Source: Hydrolagus affinis
Lineage: Eukaryota
NCBI GenBank assembly: GCA_012026655.1
Contig: JAAILG010001053.1
Span: forward strand, 1-64,000
Direction: 5' to 3'
Length of the DNA: 64,000 nucleotides
Under the pieces are notes generated by a model. The model was not told where the DNA came from and made no database searches. It saw only the letters and a list, made by a program, of their open reading frames with translations. Positions 1-11,800 of the stretch are shown piece after piece (within the stretch, counting starts at the first letter, position 1; each line of letters begins with the position of its first letter). Made by a program: the position numbers and the translations under genes.

Positions 1-149
1 ATTATTGAAGCCACGAAGCATCCTGCCGCTTCAGCTCCTCCCATATGGGAGGGATTCCACTGCATTGCTTAACTGAGGCACGCTAAAGACTGAGTTTGTG
101 TTGATGGGGCAACCAGAGAGAAGCTGCACACAAGAAGCCCACGAGATTT

Positions 150-273
150 AAAGTGTGTGTAAACATTCATTATCGCAAAAGCAGCCTTTGTTAAGCGGAG
201 AAGTGGTACAAATAGAAACCCTCGTTATCGTAAAGTTTTGTTAACCGGGCATTCGGTAAGCGGGTTCTATCTG
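150..273. mobile_element. Right end of a Tigger-type element
   Basis: Ends TAAGCGGGTTCTATCTG-TA, similar to the right TIR at 44615-44633. No left end was identified. Confidence 0.45.
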
Positions 274-274
274 T

Positions 275-589
275 ATAATAATCCTTGCATTTGATATAGC
301 GCTTTTCACATCTTATCAACGTCTCAAAGCGCTTCACAGAATATACTGTAAAGTGAATTGACTGTAAATTTGTGGGCGAAACGCGGCAGCTAATTGCGCA
401 CATCAGTGTCCCACAAACAGTCGTGGATTGAAATTACCAATTTTTATTATTGTAGTTTTTTTTGGGACTGACTATTATTAGGCTTGTGGAGTAAGGAAAC
501 TTGCCCAAGCTTTTTCCCTAATTTGCCTGGATTCAAACACAGGTCTCATGCTTGTAAGGCGAGTGGTCTAACCACTGAGCTACAGGATC
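275..589 (-). mobile_element. Full-length tRNA-headed SINE with L2-like tail and (ATT)n end
   Basis: Head with A box TAGCTCAGTGG and B-box-like GTTTGAATCC; tail GCGCTATATCAAATGCAAGGATTATTA; many copies in the window. Confidence 0.88.
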
Positions 590-675
590 TTTTTAATGTT
601 AAAAAAAAGAGTAGAAATATTTTTGTACACAGCAATTAAACCAATTCAGTCTACGCAAGAGTTAGAAATCGCTTA

Positions 676-837
<162 letters not shown>

Positions 838-903
838 CTATCTCAATGGCGCAGTGACATAGGAGACTTTGAAGAGCCAGACTGGAGGAGATTCGATACC
901 TAC

Positions 904-1049
904 CTGTAACATCTTTTTGTGTGTAGCGTTCTTTCCGTATTCCCGGCACAGCTGCTCACTCAGGGCTTGTAATTCCCGGCCAAATTGGATCATGCGCTCT
1001 GTGGCGGCCTGGTTCCCTCCACAGAGTTGTCGCTGAGGGCAGCTCTCCT
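904..1049 (-). CDS. RANBP10: RANBP10 exon 12 (CRA)
   Basis: 146 nt after a long polypyrimidine tract; GTAGG donor. Encodes (E)[48 protein letters not shown]. Confidence 0.95.
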
Positions 1050-1757
1050 CTGCAACGCGAGAAGAAAAAAAAATGTTCTTTCAGGAGGATCAGCCACAAC
1101 AAGGCACAAAAATGAACAGTCAGGGGGTTGCAAACATAAAGCCGAACAATGAGAGGCAATTGGTGGTAAAACTAGTGGTAAAACCATTTATTTTAAACAT
1201 TTGCTGCCAGGGTATGTGTGATAAAAGAACACCAGAGGCTAATCTAAAGATGAGATCAAGATTTTAGACAAACATTGTTCAATTTGTTTTACATCTTTTC
1301 CCTTTTCTCTCCCGAAAATGCTGATCAAATCATGAGAAGCAGTTCCAAGGCCAGAGGGATTCCTCCAGGATCTACAAGTGATGTTTCTCCATATGTGAGA
1401 GCACACACACATTCACACTTTCCAGCAGCCATCAATGCATAGCGACCAGAAGCAGGAATCCAGATAAATTGCTAGGTGAGGGTTTTGCGCCAATTCCCGT
1501 GCTCGATTGGCAGAGACCGGTTACCTTGGTGCACACTGAGGCTTGCTTTGGCCTTTAAGGCCCAATTTCATACTTTGCTGATCTTAAAATCATAATTTCA
1601 GAGAGAAAAATGTAGACTACAATATACAAATGTACAAGGTACTGATTGAAGATTCTATTCACAGAATCTCAGACTGTCAACTCAATGCAAATGCCAAGTT
1701 ACCACCCCTTCCCTCCTCTCTCTAACAAATCAATGCCCTGCCTCTGCTTCATCCTAC

Positions 1758-1879
1758 CCATACTGGACTCGTCTGTCTGTAGAATCTCTTCATGCTTGTA
1801 GTTGCCATTCATTATTCTAGTTGAGTTTTCCAGGACTCCGTTGGTGTAGTGCTCCTGCTCCATTTCCATTTCACTATCA
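1758..1879 (-). CDS. RANBP10: RANBP10 exon 11
   Basis: 122 nt with CAG/GTAGG boundaries. Encodes (S)[40 protein letters not shown]. Confidence 0.94.
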
Positions 1880-2556
1880 CTGTCGAGCAACAACATACAT
1901 GTCAGAAAGACAGCACCACTTCACAGAGCTACATCTGCAGATCTCACAACAACAACAAGATTACATCGGGAGGATGTCTCCAGGCGCTGAAACACATCCC
2001 AATCCAAAGCTGTTCGGGTGGGAGACAAGAGCAGACTCCATCTTCCCAGTCTTACTGCCTGCATCACACCGGTTGAAACATCTTCATCAACCACTTAATA
2101 AGCAGTCACTGGGAAGTGAAGGAGAGTGGACTGCGAGTTTCACATACACTAACACCCTCAACCAATACTTTTACTCCATATACAAAATACACTGACCCTC
2201 TAAGACTAGGAGTATATTTATCCTGGTCAAACGTTTTTGGGTAAAGCACAAAAATCTACCTTCAGCTGTGTAACAATCCATTACAACGAGATTATATTTT
2301 AAAATCTCAGACCTGTAATTTTGCAATCCACCTTGCCCCCACCGTTCCCTCCATCTCAAGACCTTCCTTTTCGACTGTGCCTTCGGTTATCTTCCCTCCT
2401 CCACCATCCCCTTGCCCTCCACCCCTCTCTAATCCCAATCTGCACTCGGGTGCAAAACCTCATTGTCCAGCACCTTGGTATGTCCTCCCGATGTGAAAGG
2501 CGCTATATCAATGCAATTTATTGCTGTTGGCCCTGAGCAGATTGTGTCGGACGTAC

Positions 2557-2755
2557 CTGGTTTCTTGATTACTTGTACTACTGTGCTGCTGGGATTTGGA
2601 GGAGTCTGTCGAGTTGGACTCTGAATAGTTTACAGAGGAGGGGGAGGAAGAGGATGAGGAGGATGAAGATGAAGAACTTATAGCTGGGTATTTGTTGTGG
2701 ATTGGCTTGTTTTTCAAGGAAACGACCCCATTGCTGCAGTTTGGGCTGTCTGCTC
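2557..2755 (-). CDS. RANBP10: RANBP10 exon 10 (Ser-rich low-complexity region)
   Basis: 199 nt with CAG/GTACGT boundaries. Encodes [26 protein letters not shown]12[28 protein letters not shown]. This poly-Ser/[11 protein letters not shown] block favours RANBP10 over RANBP9. Confidence 0.95.
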
Positions 2756-3242
2756 CTGCAAGATACCATCAGGATTCATGTACACAAAACATAGGATCGG
2801 CAGCAAGAATTTTAAGCTTATACTGTTTGCCTTATCCCATATTTATTTAGTGTTACCTGAGTGTTTGACACATGCAGCAATCCATCATTAATTACAAAGC
2901 AGGCTATCTACACACAGAAAATTCCCGTGGGTGGAATGGAATGCGCACTCTCTCCCCAGAGACCTATTTTGAGGAGAGTATTTGGCGCAGGTTGGCTGCC
3001 ACTATCTGAGCAGAAAGTCTCTCCCAATAGGGACCTACACAGAGCACAAATCTAAAACGATACCGTATTCCTCACAGTGCAAAGCCACAGTGAAAAGGAA
3101 CGAGTTAGAAATAAAACTGAGTATCCACTGAGGAAGTAGCAGCGACTTGATTGAATTGATCAATCACTGAACTCCAGGGACAGATAAAGAGACGATGCTC
3201 TTTTTTGGATTAACAACAGTATCCGGCTGTTCACAAAATTAC

Positions 3243-3391
3243 CTGCATTGTTGAGGTGAGAATTATTGGCTCCATGCCTGGGGCTCAGGTTGGGTGTTCC
3301 GGGGTAGCTATCCTGGGATTTGGGACTCCGGGCACTGAAGCAGCGAACCTCGCTGTCTGTGCCATTCACCATCTCCACAAACTGCCGACAC
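3243..3391 (-). CDS. RANBP10: RANBP10 exon 9
   Basis: 149 nt with CAG/GTAAT boundaries. Encodes [50 protein letters not shown]. Confidence 0.96.
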
Positions 3392-3758
3392 CTGAATGAG
3401 TTTAAACAAGGAGAAAGTGATCAGTTCGTGAACACTGGAGTGCTTCCTTCAGAAGCTCCTCAGCCTGAGAAACCAGCTCGCTAGGCCACAAACAGACTAT
3501 TAAGCACCATTCTATGATAATGACTATCCTATTGTTATCCTTAACCATATTCCGTAATCCCAAGCTTCGGCTCTCACCAATGGACCTAAATCTTTTTTTT
3601 AGAGAATTAGGTAAGTCTCTCTGAGAAGAATGTTCATTGATTCTAGATAGAGAAATTTCCATGTGTAGGTGGAACTCAAACTGTTTGGCCACTCCGGATT
3701 TCTGTCAGACACCAAGATTTTAAAAAAAATCTTGCTGGTCTGGTGTGAGCGCACTTAC

Positions 3759-3867
3759 TTTAACATGAAAAGCAGGTTTGGGTTTCGCTCCAGCAGTCCT
3801 GGATACAGCTGTTGTGTTGCTTCTATCGCTTCACCCACTCTTCCTGCTAAGACTAGCTTTTGTATTC
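3759..3867 (-). CDS. RANBP10: RANBP10 exon 8 (CTLH)
   Basis: 109 nt with CAG/GTAAGT boundaries. Encodes (R)[36 protein letters not shown]. Confidence 0.97.
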
Positions 3868-3956
3868 CTGAAGCAAACAGGACAAAGATCATTGTTACTG
3901 TGGCAATCATCAATTTCCTCCCCTCCCCCGCAACAACACAACCGATCACACCGTGG

Positions 3957-4090
3957 ACATAAGAATTAGGAGCAGGAGTAGGCCATTAGGCCCCTTGAGC
4001 CTGCCCCGCCATTTAATAAAATCATGGCTGATCTTCTAGCCTAATTTCATTTACTGGCTGTATCCCCATATGCCTTAATCTCTCGATCCT
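3957..4090 (-). mobile_element. CR1-type LINE 3' tail
   Basis: CATAAGAATTAGGAGCAGGAGTAGGCCATT...CCCCTTGAGCCTG; reverse-orientation match at ~51305-51372. A related CATAGAATCATAGAA-type tail lies at ~39760-39935. Confidence 0.7.
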
Positions 4091-4757
4091 TTAGACAATT
4101 GAAATCCTGTATTGTAAAAGGGATCAGATCGCTTTCCATCATTATTGTAATAATAATATTTGCATTTGATATAGCACCTTATCACATCATTAAGATGCCT
4201 CAAAGCAATTTACAGCTGTACTGCAAACTGGATTGACTGTATATTTTATGAGCGAAACGTGGAAGCCAATTACACACAGTAAGTGTCCCACAAACAGTCT
4301 TTGAGTGAATGAGCTAATTTTTTTCTGTAGAACTACAACAACTATTCACACTTAAAGTTACTGAAGCATCCACTAGATAACTTGAGGCTAAAAGGACTTT
4401 TAAATCCCAATCTGACAGTCATATCTCTGCTTTCTTTGTACAAAGGGAGTCTCTGGTTTTCTCCAGAAGGGAAAAGAACACAGTGGCGGAGGAGGCACCT
4501 AACATACTGTTGTGATTCAGTCAATAAGGAAAGGTGTTTTGGTCCACTACCCCAAGAGTTTTGGCAGCAGAACAAATGATGAAGACAGATGGTTCCCATC
4601 TGTCCACTAAGAATTCTGCAGAACGTACACAACAGACAAAAGTCTCGGGCAGGACAGTTGTGTAGCAGGAAACCCCAGCTAGTTCTTTGGCCCAAAGTTA
4701 GTAACAGATTACAAACAGGAAATTTAAGCTTTACACACACGTTGGTTTCACACTTAC

Positions 4758-4870
4758 GCTGTCTGTTTTTGATTGAGCTCTGCTCCTCTTGAATGCTCTG
4801 CCCTGTTGCTCTGGCAAAGGCAGTTGCTGTTGCACAGTACCCATGGTGTACCAGGTAGGATGACACCATG
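4758..4870 (-). CDS. RANBP10: RANBP10 exon 7 (LisH)
   Basis: 113 nt with CAG/GTAAGT boundaries. Encodes (N)MVSSYLVHHGYCATATAFARATGQSIQEEQSSIKNRQ. Confidence 0.97.
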
Positions 4871-4963
4871 CTGCAAAACAAATTCTCACACAATGAGCAA
4901 GTCGCAACACACAAATCTGTAGCAAATCCGTTAACCCTCTCAGCCAAGAGTAATGCTTCTTAC

Positions 4964-5148
4964 TTTTGTAGCATGGTTTGCCACTCCCCCAGTCTGTCTC
5001 CTATGGGAAATCTCTCAATGGTACCATGGATCTTGGCTCTCCACTCCCTCATGTAGTCCTCAATGTCAAACACAAACGGCTGCTGGCCAAAGTTGGCGTC
5101 CACAATCTCACCGGGTGTCTGGAGCCCCACAGTCGGGTACAAGTTTGG
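4964..5148 (-). CDS. RANBP10: RANBP10 exon 6 (end of SPRY)
   Basis: 185 nt with CAG/GTAAG boundaries. Encodes [61 protein letters not shown]. Confidence 0.97.
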
Positions 5149-6149
5149 CTGAAACATAAAAACAATGAATGGCCTCAATTTCAAATCATTTATTTCCCCT
5201 TTCCACGGAAGTAGTAGTCAAACTGGTCCCCAAGCGGCTGGCCTGTCACCATCAGGCGAGGATGCCAAATGCTCACATATGAGAAGTAGTAACCAAACGT
5301 TACCACTGAAGTTTAGAGAAGCTATAAATGACTTCCGGGTTTGGGTAACTATCTGTTAATAACATGTAAAGAGGTCTTTATTTTTTTGACTTAACCAGAA
5401 CAGGGAATAAACAAGCGCAAGAGTGTTCAAATACTCGGGACTGGCAAACGCTTTATACATTCTATAAATTGTTTTGCAAATACACTTCCCCTCCTGGTTA
5501 TAGGCTGAAAATTCAGGCCCCATCGATGTGTTAACCTAAAACAAAGATCAAGCCTCAATATAGCCCCTCTGCGCAAACTCTGGTCATTTCAAGGTATGGA
5601 GTTATTTTAAATAAACTACATGGAACAGGGGAAATCCAGCCCCCAAAAAGGACTTTTCTATGAATGTATTCATCCACTTCCTCCTCCCTCCCCCCACCCC
5701 CCACAACATACACATAGACCACACCCAAGGTGATATTTTCCAAGAATTCTACCAACCTCCCTTGCAATTTGAATTTGGCTCCAGAAATAACCTCTCATCT
5801 CAGGCCTGACACTTTCCTGGAAACTTTTTCAGGAAAGTGGAAAGCATTTGTAGGCGAATGCTGTTTTTTTCTTGGCAATGTCTAGCACAGAAGCCTTCCC
5901 TTCTCCAGATCACTTACCAATCCTCTGTAAAATCGGACGCAAACTAATACGTATTTTGTAAAACCCTAAACACCGACAAGGAACAGATTATGTAGGGCAT
6001 AATTGGGGAGGGGCATGGCATACTTTTGAAAACTGGCCACGAATAGGCGAAGGCTTCTTCATGGATACAATCTATAGCTGCCTAATGTAGGATAGGAAGG
6101 GCGCCCTTCTCTCTAGGCAGCAGTGCAGGACAATCTCCTCCCAGCTAAT

Positions 6150-6757
6150 ACTAATAATTTCTTGTCTTCATTACATCCAGGCTCGCCTACGCCAATGCCC
6201 TGCTTGTTGGCCATCTCAATTCCTCCCTCCACATGCTGCAGATAATCTAGAACTCTGCAGTCCGTGTCCTCTACCGCTCTAAACTCCACGATCCCAACTC
6301 CTCCAATGTCGCCTGACTCCATTGGCTCCCCATCACCCAGAAGATTCAATTCAAGATCCTCATCCTCACATTCAAAGCCCTCCATGGCCTCACCCCACAC
6401 TACTTCTGCGACCTCCTAACCCCCTACCAACTTGCCCACCCCTCTGCTCAGCAGCCTGCTCCATGTCCCCCGGCACATCCACCCCACCATTGGCAGGCGA
6501 GCCTTCAGCCACTCTGCCCCTAACTTCTGCAATTCCATTCCATAGTCCCTCCGCCTTGCCCCCTCCCTAGCCTCCTTTAAATCCTGCCTCAAAACCCTCC
6601 TCTTCAACGGTCCCATTGGTCACCCCAAATCCCCTCCTGTCCCTCCATCCTCCCTGATCCCAATCCTAGCTCAGGTCTGAAACATTGACTGACCAGCGCC
6701 TTGGGACGTCCTCCTGGTGTGAAAGGAGCTATATAAATGTAATGTTGTTATTGTAAT
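6150..6757 (+). mobile_element. L2-clade LINE 3' fragment
   Basis: Decayed ORF2 C-terminus (FITSRLAYANALLVG...RIQFKILILTFKALHGL), C-rich 3'UTR, tail GCGCCTTGGGACGTCCTCC..GTGAAAGG..CTATATAAATG(TTG)n. Confidence 0.85.
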
Positions 6758-7663
6758 AATAATCCTTGGATTTGATATAGTACTTTTCATGTCTTCTAGA
6801 CATTTCAAAGCACTTCACAGAATATACTGTAAAGCAGGCTATCTACACATGGAAAATGGTCCTGTATATTTGTAGGCAAAACGTGGCAACCAAATGCGCA
6901 CAGTAGTGTCCCACAAACAGTCATGCATTGAGAGATTATTATCAGGCGTGTATGATAGAGAAGAGAGGGGGTTTGTCAAACAAACAGCAACTTGCAAGAA
7001 GCAGAATCATAGGTCAGTAGCTTTTCTATTACCACTGAGCTCTAAAGCCTGAGATAACTGTGAATGAAAGAATTATGGAAAACATAATAGTCTTGGAAGA
7101 TGAATAGACTGACTAACTTGGATCCCAAGTAAAAGCAATAATAATTACTGTATTCAAAACCATTTTTTTTAATGTCTTTTTGAAGGCACTCCATGGATTT
7201 AATTTAAAGTGCAGTGACTGTATTTTGCGGAATAATGCAGCATTGAATTTGCATACACCAATGTACCGATGAAGTGAGCGACCAATTTTATTTGCAGGAT
7301 CGTTGCCCAAGATACTGGGAAAAACTCTTTCTCTTGTCAAACTGTGCCATGGGATCTTCAATTGGGCCTTGGTTTAAAATCTCATTTGAAGGACAGCAAC
7401 AATGCAATGTTCCCCTAGCACTGCATGCTAATGTCAGAGTTTAATGTAAGGACTAAGGACGGTGTCTAAGGACTTTATTCCCCCAGAAGTAGTCTGGATT
7501 TATTTTGTAATTCTTTCTTCTGTTTTCTTGCAACACATTTCCTCATTTCTGGAAAGAATTTACAGAGCACCTCTGAAGTCAGTCTCGATAAGTGATTGTG
7601 AGCATAACATTTCAGACATGGGAGGGGGGGAGAAGGGGAGGTAAGAAAAAACAACATACTTAC

Positions 7664-7686
7664 AGGCAGGTCTGTGAATGCTATTC
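7664..7686 (-). CDS. RANBP10: RANBP10 exon 5 (23-nt micro-exon)
   Basis: tttcag|GAATAGCATTCACAGACCTGCCT|gtaagt encodes (G)IAFTDLP, the peptide needed between exons 4 and 6; phase 1 in, phase 0 out. Confidence 0.94.
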
Positions 7687-10600
7687 CTGAAAAGCAAACC
7701 CAAAGAAAATGGTCAGCATTTTAAAATACTGGGAAATACTTTCAAGAAAAAAGATTCAATTATTTTGTTTTAATTTCACTCAACAGGTGAAATTGCAACC
7801 TGGAATACATTCTTCATTGCAGCACTACACATTAAATTTGCAGTGCTGAGGAGCATTGCCACAGGATGGCGCTATCTATATAGCCCTGTAAGCACATACT
7901 GTTCCATCTGAATGAACACATGCTAAGACAGCTTCCCCAGACGCAGTAGCAGACATTCTTTTTCCAGCCACACAAATCTATAAATACTCATGTGGTTTAA
8001 AAAACTCAGATTACTTTACCCATTCTGGGTTCTCCCGGAACTCCACAGGCTGCCTGGCCTCGACCCAGCCCTCTCTGGCAATGTCTAAAATTGGAATGGA
8101 GTTTACGGGGGAGGAAGTGTGGGTACAGGCCCGTGCCTTACAGCTACTGCACTCATGTTGCATATTTGCTTTAATGACATAAGTGGCAATTGAATATAGA
8201 TGGTGCAAGTATGACAGGATTCTGGGAAGAGTGACTTGCAGATTTTAAATTGAAGTGTGATAGAGGTTGATTTGAAAGAGGTTGACTTGTAAAGTTTGCA
8301 TTAAAGGATTGAGTGAATCTACACTGCGTTTTGTGGATTAAATAACATTACAACTCAGTTGGGATATACAATGCTCCTCTGAGCCACTGCACTGCCTATT
8401 CGGCAGATTGTTTTGACAGCAGAGTTTGTAAAGGGAAAGTTTAGTTCACTCGTGCCAAAGAGGAAGCAGGATTAAAGGAGGATTGTGAGGAAGCCTTCAC
8501 CAGTCATAATTTATTTAAGGACTCTTGCGGCATTTTATTTTTTTTAAATTCACTTGTGAACATAATACTCAAAATATACCGTCAGAGACTGAAAGGGCCG
8601 GATCACTCAGTCGCTGCCTTCTCAACAACCAACTACTAGAATATAGGATGGTGGGAACAGGGACTAAAGAATACAGGCACTGGCCACTGTTGCACATTCC
8701 CAACAACTATGGGGCAGTGTTGGTGGAGGCCTGTGACTAGCCCATGGATCAGTGCTCCGCAAAGGTAGAGGTGATTGAGAAACCTCGGTGAAGGCCATAG
8801 TGCAAATCATATCAAGTGAAATGAATAAGTGGTTGAGAGATGAAGGAGTGAGAATGCATGGGTGCAGATGAGAATGCTGGTCTATGAGGGAGTATGTCTA
8901 AGTGGTTGATAGACTCATTTAAGATTAGGAGGCAATAACAATAAGTTAAGTATTGGAGGCAGTGCAACGAGTCTCATTTTCAACAGAGATGATGCCAAGA
9001 GGAAAGTTATGGAAATAGGCCATTCAGCCCAACTGCCTTGCCATGGTGAAATATGGGTAGAGCTCCCTTAATGATTAATTAAACTGAAGTACACTTTGAA
9101 CTCTGCACTGCTCTGAAACAGGCTACACATATCATTCACATACAGGGTTTAGAAATACAAACAAAAACTGGTCCAGGGTAGAACGTCGAAGACCTAGAAG
9201 ACCTAATTATGCAATACAATCTGGATACAATTTGTCCAGCACATTAGGACGTCCTCTTGACGTGAAAGGCAAAATACAAGTGTAATTTTGTTGTTGTTGT
9301 TGTTGAATGGTCGGTCGCAGCCTGCAAAGGTCATGCAGAATCAGCATTGGTCCACATCAGCTATTTACATGGAACTTTTTCTACAGCTGCTGGAACATTT
9401 AAATTTGAATCCAATACTTACTACAAGGAATTCAGGAGATTCTCTGCAACAAGGCCTGATAAAATGTCCTTCAACACTGGCTTGCTCTTCAGCATTGTGC
9501 CTGTCTAAATGATTTCATTTCTTTATTAGCTGAAGCTGGATGGGAAACAGAAGGTTTAGCTGCTAGCTTTGGTCATCAGCACTCCATACCGGTTTCACTG
9601 AATTCAGTGATCAGACGCTTGTTTCAACGTTTGCAAAAGGTTTTTCAGTGCCTTGGGACGTCCTCCCGACGTGAAAGGCGCTTTATAAGTTTAAGTTGTT
9701 GTTTTATGAAACAGGAAGAGCTCCTTCCATCATCAGCTATCATTTCAACCCAGCTGCAGTCGGACCTCACGGTTGTGATTATTTAGCTACAGCTGAAGAG
9801 CATCTAAGGTGGCAACTCTGAAAGAGGCTTAAATTGTGAGAGCCACAACCAGGCACTTGCTCTCCACGTTTTGCAAAAGATCTTGTGAGTCTCAGATTTC
9901 ATGAAAGCAATCAAACAAAGGCATTCCAGGTCAAGTGAAATTGATGTTGATGAAGACTGGAGTAGATCTAGATCTGGAAAACGAAGGTGGCCTTGTGTGA
10001 AGCATTAAGATGGCTCAGACTTGGAATAAAAATGTGGATACATGTTTTGATACACATCTAACTGATACAGATGCACAAGATTGTCCTAGCAATTATCCCA
10101 TTAAGCAATAAATTGCCTATTTCTCATATGCTCCAGGGACTTTGCTTCAACTAAGAGTGAGGATACCAACATTTTAAATAGCTTTATAATATATATTATA
10201 TTACTGGTGTCCAAGCTTTTTGGTGGGGCAATAAAATAAATTGACTTGATTGAATACTTCTTGATTTAGGCCATCAATCAAAAAATATTAAAATCAAGAG
10301 AAAACGGAAAACACACTACTGGTTGAACACTGAGTTATGTAGATTAGTGGAAATGTTTGGGTCAGGTATTAAAAAATAATATAAACACACTGGAAAAAAA
10401 ATTAATTAGATTTTTTTAAAAAAATTCTATCACCTTAAAGCTACAAATCCTCCATTGTCCTCCTCTAACCATCTCATAACAAACTAAGCTGACAGATTGG
10501 ATGACCTCAATCATCGGGAGAGTCTCTAAACTACAATGCGAAAACTGGATGAAGGCCACATGTCGGAGGTAAACAAGTTGGCACCAGCTGCTTGTCAACA

Positions 10601-11107
10601 AGAAAATTTTGTTCTCTCAAACACCAGAAAGGGCATTGAGCACCAAAGGAACAAGATCCGGGGATCAGATCAGACAGCAAAGAAATTAAAATAAAACCCT
10701 TGACCTGATTACAGTGTAATTTCACCATTACAGAGATTAAAATTCTCAGACCTCACAGCAGCATGCCTCATTATAATTCAGTTTGTCAGTCAAATAAGGT
10801 GTGATTTGTGGGAATTACCCCATCAATCTCAATCATTCCAGCTCAAAAGTAATGAACACACTGGTATATTGCAGAATATAGTGGGAAAAGACAAGAGCAA
10901 GCAGAGCACTGCTCATGTCATCTCGAGCAAGATTTCACCCATCTATATTCTGTTCCCTAGTTAATTCTTCTTTTCTGTTGTAGATTTCATTAAAGAAAGA
11001 TGTTTTGGATGAGTGGACCTGGATTAATAAGACAATAATCCTTGCATTTGATATAGTGCCTTATCATGTTGTTGAGACATTTCAAAGTGCTTACTATACT
11101 GCAAATT

Positions 11108-11800
11108 CAACACAAATTACATTTGTATAGCGCCTTGGGATGTCCTCCCAACGTGACGTGGACAATCAGGGATTTGGACTTGAGCTGGGGGTCGGGATCG
11201 AGGAGAGTGGAGGACAGGGAGAGTGGCTGAATGTTCAGTCAAAGAGGGTTTTGAGACGTGCCTTGAAGGAGACAAGTGAAGGAGCGAAGGAAAGGCAATG
11301 TGGGATGGAATTTCATTGGGTGGGGGCAGAAAAACTGAACGCCGTCGATGTTGGAAGTGGGCTGGGCGGGGGACATGGGCTGAGTGGGCCGGGCTCCACA
11401 AGAGCCTGCTGGGTGGAGGGATCGGATAAGTTGATATGGGGTCAGGAGGAGCTGGATGTTATCCGCATACATGTTGATGTTGATCCCATGTTTGCAGCTG
11501 ATGTCATCAAGAGGGAGCACATATAGATATTGAAGAGGAGGGGTCCAAGGACAGAGCTCTGAGGAACGCCTCAGTAGATGGTGCGGGGGCTAGAGGAGAA
11601 GCTGTTTGTGGAAATGAAGTGGAGATGATGGTAGGAGAGAGGTAGGTGAGAGGTAGGATCTGAATCATTCCTGAAGGTTGGGGTGAAAGAAGAGGTGGTG
11701 GAGGAGGATGATGAGGAAGAGGGACAAGATGTCATTTGTCACTTTGACCAAAGCTGTTTCTGTGCTGTGGGTGACACAGAAACCCGATTGGAGGGAGTTT
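11108..11800 (-). mobile_element. L2-clade LINE fragment with RT motifs
   Basis: [40 protein letters not shown] (PQG and YADD-like motifs), internally deleted and joined to the L2 tail. Confidence 0.88.

Noticed and set aside
520-589. tRNA gene (also at ~31980-32039 and ~57410-57478)
   Set aside because: The A/B boxes are the heads of SINE copies that continue into SINE body and tail; no intact cloverleaf.
4342-4947. 201-aa ORF as a single-exon gene
   Set aside because: It is RANBP10 exon 7 read through into flanking introns; only 4758-4870 is coding.
5918-5924. 7-nt micro-exon (ttttacag|AGGATTG|gtaagt) in intron 5
   Set aside because: Weak polypyrimidine tract, frameshifting, not needed for the protein, and compatible with chance.
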